Below, one piece after another: positions 57,328 through 64,000 of a DNA stretch of 64,000 bases (within the stretch, counting starts at the first letter, position 1; every line of letters starts with the position of its first letter). This DNA is from Octopus vulgaris. Taxonomy: Eukaryota. The stretch spans positions 69,130,001 through 69,194,000 of the forward strand of contig OX597830.1 in NCBI GenBank assembly GCA_951406725.2, read 5' to 3'. Made by a program: the position numbers and the translations under genes. The notes under the pieces were generated by a model. That model was not told the DNA's origin. It saw only the letters and a program-made list of their open reading frames with translations, and ran no database searches.

Positions 57328-59004
57328 GTAATAATAATAAAAAATAATAAAAATAGATACAGTTAAGTTATCACCAAGTCCATCCTTCCAAGATCGAAAT
57401 AACTATGAGTTAAGAAATGCTGACCACTAGGTAAAGAAAATTTAGATTAATTCGATTGGCTATTGGTTTGAAATTTAAATCACAAAAGGAAATTATACGG
57501 TTGGTTAGTCAGGGAACGCCAATATTCACACACGCATCTACAGATCAATCGCACATACACACATAGTTATATGTATATACATACACTTGTACATATACAT
57601 AATCATAAGCAACAACTAACACTTAGATAAACAAATAGGGAAGCAACCATGCTAACACTAAGTCCTTCAAAATTATAACTGAGCCTCAATAACAAAAAAA
57701 GAACCATCCATGCATTCTATAAATATTTAATTAAGATATAAATGTATTTTTAAATATCAGTATGTTACTAATTCAGATAATTATTTCATGGGTAACTTAA
57801 AATTTATAACACCGGTTTGTTGCAGAGTAAACATACGGTTGTTAGGTTTATCGTAAGTTTGTTATGATTTAAAGTACGCTAAATTATAAAATATAAAATA
57901 TAAAATATATTAATTTAGATATTATAAATAAGTCACTTATTAACTTAATAAATATAGTGCCAAAATATACCAGTTTAGGCAATAAAAAATAGAGGGGGAA
58001 GTATTAATGTAAACGCTTATGAGAACATCACAGAAATTTTAAATAAATTTTATATTATAAAGACTTAAGATGAAAAGAGATAAAATAAATAAAAAGGAAT
58101 AAATACGAAGGAATAAATACGGTTATACACATAATTATAAGTACAAACTAGTATATATGTATTCATATATTATTAAAATTAAATAAAAATAAATGATAGA
58201 TATGTATGTATAAAACCACACCAGTATAAGTAAATAAGTAAAGAATAAATAGGTAACAAATTAAATGACTTGATATGTATGTAAACATCCACACTTAAAT
58301 AGGCAAATAAATAAATAAATAGAAGACTAGATGCAAATATTGATAATATTACAATAAAATGGGAAATAAATAAAAATAAATAAAGTGAATATATATATTT
58401 TATATTGTTGAAAGTAAATATGTATGGAAGGATAGTTTAAAGTACAGATCCAGAGGACTATAGATATAAACTAAATATATGAGGCTGGTAACAATTATAA
58501 AGCAAAATGCATGTAAATGAGAAAATGAAAAAAATGAAAAAGGTTTATCAGTGAATAGCATAAGATACAAATTAAGGTGAGTACAAAAAGACCAAATATA
58601 TAATAAAAACCTTCCAAATCAGCACATACAAAAAACCCATAATCTCAACCTAAACCCACCAAACTCACAAAAGGCTCTCATATATTACATATTATACAAT
58701 ATCATTACATTATCCAGAGCTAGGTATCTAACCAAGATATACATATATACTTTGCAATATACTATGCAATATTGGAAAACTATTAGCTAAATATGTATGA
58801 TATCGGTACTTATTAATATTATATATACACTGTTATATATTTTGTTTTATTTTGTTCTGGTTACCTTCCTTTTTGTACAAATGTGTATTATATTATACAA
58901 GTGTAGCATTATGATGTATAAGTTTTTATATTTTACTTTTTTATATTTTTATATTTATATGTATATGATTATATAATATTTTTCACTATTATAACAAATT
59001 TAAT

Positions 59005-59124
59005 TTAATTCTCTGAAGAGGCCGTGGGGCATCTTTGTTAATGCCTCATTTATACCTGCCTTTATGGCTTATAGGTTAAATGAGGTATGACTGTCCTCAC
59101 TGCCGAAACAGCTGTCAGTTTTGA
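59005..59124 (+). ncRNA. Hammerhead ribozyme (inverted pseudo-LTR copy)
   Basis: CTGAAGA 59013-59019, GAAA 59105-59108, CAGCTG, GTC cleavage triplet ending at 59116. Confidence 0.75.
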
Positions 59125-59494
59125 TTCATTTGCATATTGTATTTGTAATTTTTTACTTATATCTATGTATCTTTTTACTTTTACTATTACTGTATATCTC
59201 ATTTCATTTTATATATTGCCTTTACTCCTATGTAATGGTGTATTAAAGTATGGATTGAGTATCATCGGATAGTTGATGTTTTATTGATTTAAGTATGTTT
59301 CTCCATTCTCTAATTTTGTAGTATTAATTTACGGTAATATTATTACCTTTACCCATTTAATACAATAGATGAACTGATTGCTTGACAATTTCTAACATCT
59401 ATGTATTAATTTTGTTGGGTACCTATCTAGCAGTATATTGGATATATATTATCCCATGGTGGGTTGAATTTTCAACCCCTATCTCATTTTATAA

Positions 59495-59570
<76 letters not shown>

Positions 59571-59827
59571 CATATATATATATGTATATATATATATAAT
59601 AATGTATATATGTATGTATATATATATATATACATACATACATATATATACATACATATATACATTATTATTATTATTATTATTTCTTACGAAATATATA
59701 GAACTGCTTAAGAAGTATTCGGTTCGAACCCAAGACAAAAGATAAGAATTTTAAAATAGCTCAAATTCGGCAATCAACTTTGTTTTACATAGGAATACAT
59801 AGTTATAAATTCTATTTAAAATGTATG

Positions 59828-59890
<63 letters not shown>

Positions 59891-59896
<6 letters not shown>

Positions 59897-60107
59897 GGAA
59901 ATGAAGAAAATGCCGACAAATAATTAAAGTAATTTAAGTAATTTAATTAGGTGAAAGTTCTTTTACCGGTTGCGCATTTGTTATGCTTATCAAAATATAT
60001 GTTTTGATAAGCATAACAAATGCGCAACCGGTAAAAAGAACTTTCACCTAATTAAATTACTTAAATTACTTCAACTATTTGTCAGCATTTTCTTCATTTC
60101 CTTTTTT
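59891..60107. repeat. ~215-nt foldback palindrome between (TA)n tracts
   Basis: GGAAATGAAGAAAATGC...ATCAAAA tatatg TTTTGAT...GCATTTTCTTCATTTCC. Confidence 0.9.
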
Positions 60108-60144
60108 TTATATATCACCACTCGTGTTCGACATCTCCCTTTTT

Positions 60145-60180
<36 letters not shown>

Positions 60181-60206
60181 GAGGGAGAGAGAGAGAGAGA
60201 GAGACC

Positions 60207-60660
60207 TTGCTGCATGTAATCAAGCCCTAAGCATAGCACTCGTGGAAACTCATCTCAGCCCTAAAATAGAGGATGCAGAAGTACACGTACCAAAATATAT
60301 CATACTGCGAACAGACAGAAGGGAAAGGAACCATAGAGTTTCTGTATACATCCGTAATGACCTCAAACCCAATGTCTTACTGTCATATTCAAATTCAGTA
60401 TGTGCCATTCTAATTGTATACATAAACAACACAATACAGTCATATGCAATACATATTGCCCACTGGAGGCTCCAAACCACATAGGCAAGTGTGAAGATTG
60501 CCTCACAAGAATTAATGAAATCCTCATGCAACTGGAACACCACGTGAACATATTTCTTATGCGTGATTTCAACTTCACCAATGTCAAATGGCCCGAAGGC
60601 CTCATGCTCTCAGTAATGACTCATTGAAAACAAGCACAGGTGAAGTCCCTGCTCAACCGC
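60207..60660 (+). mobile_element. LINE apurinic-type endonuclease fragment
   Basis: ETHLSPKIEDAEV..Y..LRTDR..VSVYIR and LMRDFNFTNVKW, broken by frameshifts. Confidence 0.72.
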
Positions 60661-62830
60661 TTATTTTTATCTCATGTTGTCACTGCACTACCGAGCATAG
60701 CTCTGAGCACCTTGGGTATGTGCTGCGGTTTGTTGTGGTCCTCTTATTTTCATATTTGTGCTATTTTCTATGTTTATATTTACTTGTAAGTCCTTGTATT
60801 TTTCTTATGCATTTTTCTGAATACTTTTTATCATACCTACTGTGATAGGAATTATTTGTTTCTGTTTTTAGATTCCACATTCGTGTTACCTCTACTTCCA
60901 GATTCTTGCATTTTGATAGTTTCTCTATTTATTTTAGAAAACTTTGTCATCTGTTGGTATTGATATATCAAGTAGAAAGCATTTTTTTATTGATGATCTC
61001 TAGCAACTATACCCGACCTGATAGCCTTAATTTCTCTACCTGTGTGTATTGAGGAAGATTTGGTCTTGTGTTGAAAATAAAAATCCTTTAGTCTCTACTC
61101 TGAGTCCTGAGCTTCTCAGCCATTGTTAGGATTTTGCTTTGTCTATTTTGCGTTTAGTTTAATCCAATATTTGCCATGAAGGGGCTTTCCTTGCCATCAT
61201 GTTATCATGATCCGTTGCTGTTCCAGTTTTAGTTTGGATTTCAGTTATTTTACATCGTTTGTTTCTTCTTCTTTTTCCTCATACCTGTTAGATACTACGA
61301 CTCTTTTTGGTTTTGATCGTTTTTTGTGGCTATTTGTAATAGTTTTCCTTGCGTCTGAAGTAGGTACTTCTGTAGTCCTAGGTGGTTATTTTGTAAAGGT
61401 TTTCTAGCTGTATAAGGCATCTACCACCTTCCATACGTTGTATACAAAACACTTTAACGTCAGATTTTGGGTGGTGCATCCTAAATTCTGTCACTATTTT
61501 TCTTCTTTTCCAGTCTATTTTGATTAGTTCATTTAGCGTCCAGTTAAGAATATTGTCACGGTAACTGTGACGGCGAGTGTTGATACCGTATTATCTTGCT
61601 TTTTGCATTGAGCTCTGTTTTCAGTATTAATCTAACTCGTCGATAGCATTCTTTTCTTATCTTCTCTTTCGTTTTTGTTTGTTGTATCTTACCCTGGCCA
61701 TAATTAGACCCTCTCTTCTTTCTGCGACTGTTTTCAGTTATGGCTTTAGTGATAAGTAGCTGATCTTTACAGCCCTTGCAGCATCCCTTCTGCTCTTCTG
61801 GAAGCAAAGGCTATTTTCTTCGATACGCTTACCCATTCGCTGTGATATTATTGAAGTAAAGGCTTTGTAAGATGCAGAGAGACAAGTATTCTTTTTGTAA
61901 TTTCGTGGGTTTGCCGTTTCAGAGGATTTGGGAATTAGGATAGTTTTCCCTTCCGTGAGCCATTCAGTCATTGTCTCTGGCTTTGCTAGTATATCATTAA
62001 ATTTCCCAGTCAGCCTTTTGTTTTCTTGGCAGGTATTTTAACCAGGACTTAAGGATCTTGTGCCCAGGTGCCTTCCAGTTGCGTAGGTTTTTCAGTGCCT
62101 GGGTGACCTCTTCAGTTGTTATAGGGTCCAGAGTCGTTCAGGTGCTGTTTTTGTTATTTTAAAAGACATTTTCTGAGGTAGTTCCATCGACGACCATATT
62201 TCTTTCCCAAATTCTTCCATTTCTGCTGGTGGTGCTGCATTGATCTCTAAGTTATTTTTGCCAAGTTCTTGGTAGAATCTTTTGGGGTTAGAGTTGAATT
62301 CTTTCTTTTTTTTCAGAGAAATGTTGACGGCTTCAGCTGTTCTTTTAACTCAGGCCTACCTTGTTCTGCAATTTTGTATTTATTGAGTATTTTTCTTGTT
62401 TTCTTGTTAATTAGTAGTGTTGATTGTCTATTACTTTCATTAAGGATTGACAGATTATTTCTCTTATTTTCATCAAATATGCAGCGACGAATTTGGTCTT
62501 CATTTTTTTGTGCAGTATATTGTCGAGCTCCAGGATCCCAAATTACTTGTACCCATCATCATCCGGGTATTTCATTCTCTCTCCGTTTGGCCCTCCTATA
62601 GTCCTACAATTTACTCTTTCCCTCGCTTCAAAATAAGCACCGAAAACTTCGAGATACCTACTTCCGTCCCTATATCCATGTTGCACATTTGCACAGCCTC
62701 AACACCAGCCCCTCCTTTTCAGACTCTGCTGTTTGCGAAAAGTTTTAAATCAGCCATGAAGAGGTGTTTGAGACGAGGTCCATTCTTTCTCAGTTTATAG
62801 TGCCCATTGATTTTGCATAGGACTACAGAA
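60660..62830 (-). mobile_element. Degenerate, rearranged R4/Dong-like LINE fragments
   Basis: EWLTEGKTILIPK..NPRNY..TCL, LPEEQKGCCKGCKDQLLI, YRRVRLILKTELN; a separate piece reads KHLFMADLKLFA near 62740. Confidence 0.8.
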
Positions 62831-63428
62831 AGTTTTCAAATCAGTATTCTACATATTCTTGATGCGTAAAACAATTTCTGTATTGATTCTTAAATATGGT
62901 AAGTGTGATCGACCTAAGAGACAGAAAGTTGAAACAGCAAGAAACCACAAGCTAGCAGCATATTTAAATTTTCAGGAAATGTATGTGAACTAATATGAGT
63001 TTGGAGAGTGAGATGGGGTGGGAACCCACAGTGACTTAGTATTATAAATAATGACATGAAGGAAAGCATTGGTATAAAGAAGGAGTTAGAGTCATCAAAA
63101 GACTGATAGAAAAGGATGTCAGTAGAATTCTCTGACGAAATTAGAGAGGAGGCGAGAAACAAGACAAGAGTAACATCGGATCACAAAGGCGCAGTAGTGT
63201 TATAGATAAGGAGTAATTAAGTGCATCATATTTTAACCACTAGGAACCAGACGTGACTTGAGATGCGTCATTGGGGAGGCTGGTTGGTGGAGCGTCAACC
63301 TGTAATGTGCGGTCAAACAAATGATTTATCTATCCACCTAAGGAAATATACACGTGTATATAAGCATATAGGCACGAACACATACATACACAAACCCCAA
63401 AAAAAGCCCATAATCCCGAACAATATGT

Positions 63429-63480
<52 letters not shown>

Positions 63481-63482
<2 letters not shown>

Positions 63483-63631
63483 CAAAACAGTTTGATTCAA
63501 ATTCGTTGAGATTTAAGCGCGATGCAAGTCGTTATCCATTTTGAATTTGAACACAAATTCAAAATGGCTGACGACTAGCATCGCGTTTGAAACTCAAAAG
63601 TACCAACGAATTTGAATCAAACTGTTCTGAT
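63481..63631. repeat. ~150-nt foldback hairpin (MITE-like)
   Basis: ATCAAAACAGTTTGATTCAAATTCGTTG ... CAACGAATTTGAATCAAACTGTTCTGAT; inner CCATTTTGAATTTG aaca CAAATTCAAAATGG. Confidence 0.85.
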
Positions 63632-63667
63632 TGATATATGTAACTCCTTTTGTTTGTCCACTCACTC

Positions 63668-63703
<36 letters not shown>

Positions 63704-64000
63704 AAACATGCTGCTGAAGACGTTTATACCGATAGAACACCCGGTAAATTTTCTTCATGTAAGTTGAACTAATTCCTTTTATGTTTTTTCCCTGCAAAAA
63801 ACAGTCCTCTTTTTACGAAACGTTGAAATTCCGATATTATAACATTTCTCTATCGCCCCCGCACCCACTTATAGTGATAATTGTATTTCTCTCTCACTCT
63901 CTCTCTTTCTCTCTCAGTGATATTTTTGTTGCTTGTTTATTTCTCCTAAATCATAGCAACACATTTGTCCATCGTCCCTTGTTGGCGATGCACCCATCCA

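Noticed and set aside
62830-63180. Weak similarity to the B-exon upstream flank (33060-33230), suggesting another B exon
   Set aside because: Similarity is patchy, and the apparent acceptor at ~62823 leads into R4-type RT sequence.

Overview
AT-rich, repeat-dense eukaryotic DNA. The tRNA-type SINEs and repeat landscape look like an Octopus (coleoid cephalopod) genome; this is my recognition, not a verified match. Almost all entries in the ORF track are microsatellite or antisense artefacts. Real structure: (1) Six 44-56 nt minus-strand GT-AG micro-exons lie between 38.9 and 6.1 kb. They alternate between two intron-phase types, sit in homologous flanks and splice into one stop-free 99-codon frame, which suggests a host gene growing by duplication of a two-exon module. 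(2) A giant palindrome of at least 10.8 kb centred near 5,491 contains an antisense copy of the last exon; a ~7.4 kb tandem duplicate of the right arm follows and shows mosaic similarity. (3) A (TA)n-rich block from 40 to 60 kb holds stacked retroelements, including two tail-to-tail Penelope-like elements (PLEs; RT plus GIY-YIG, Hydra-clade-like) with long Asn-rich inserts and hammerhead ribozyme motifs. One PLE is very young, with ~2.1 kb apparently identical pseudo-LTRs, an inverted 5' end and one homopolymer frameshift. (4) There are also fragments of R4/Dong and CR1-like LINEs, Helitrons, a MITE, SINEs and several foldback hairpins.
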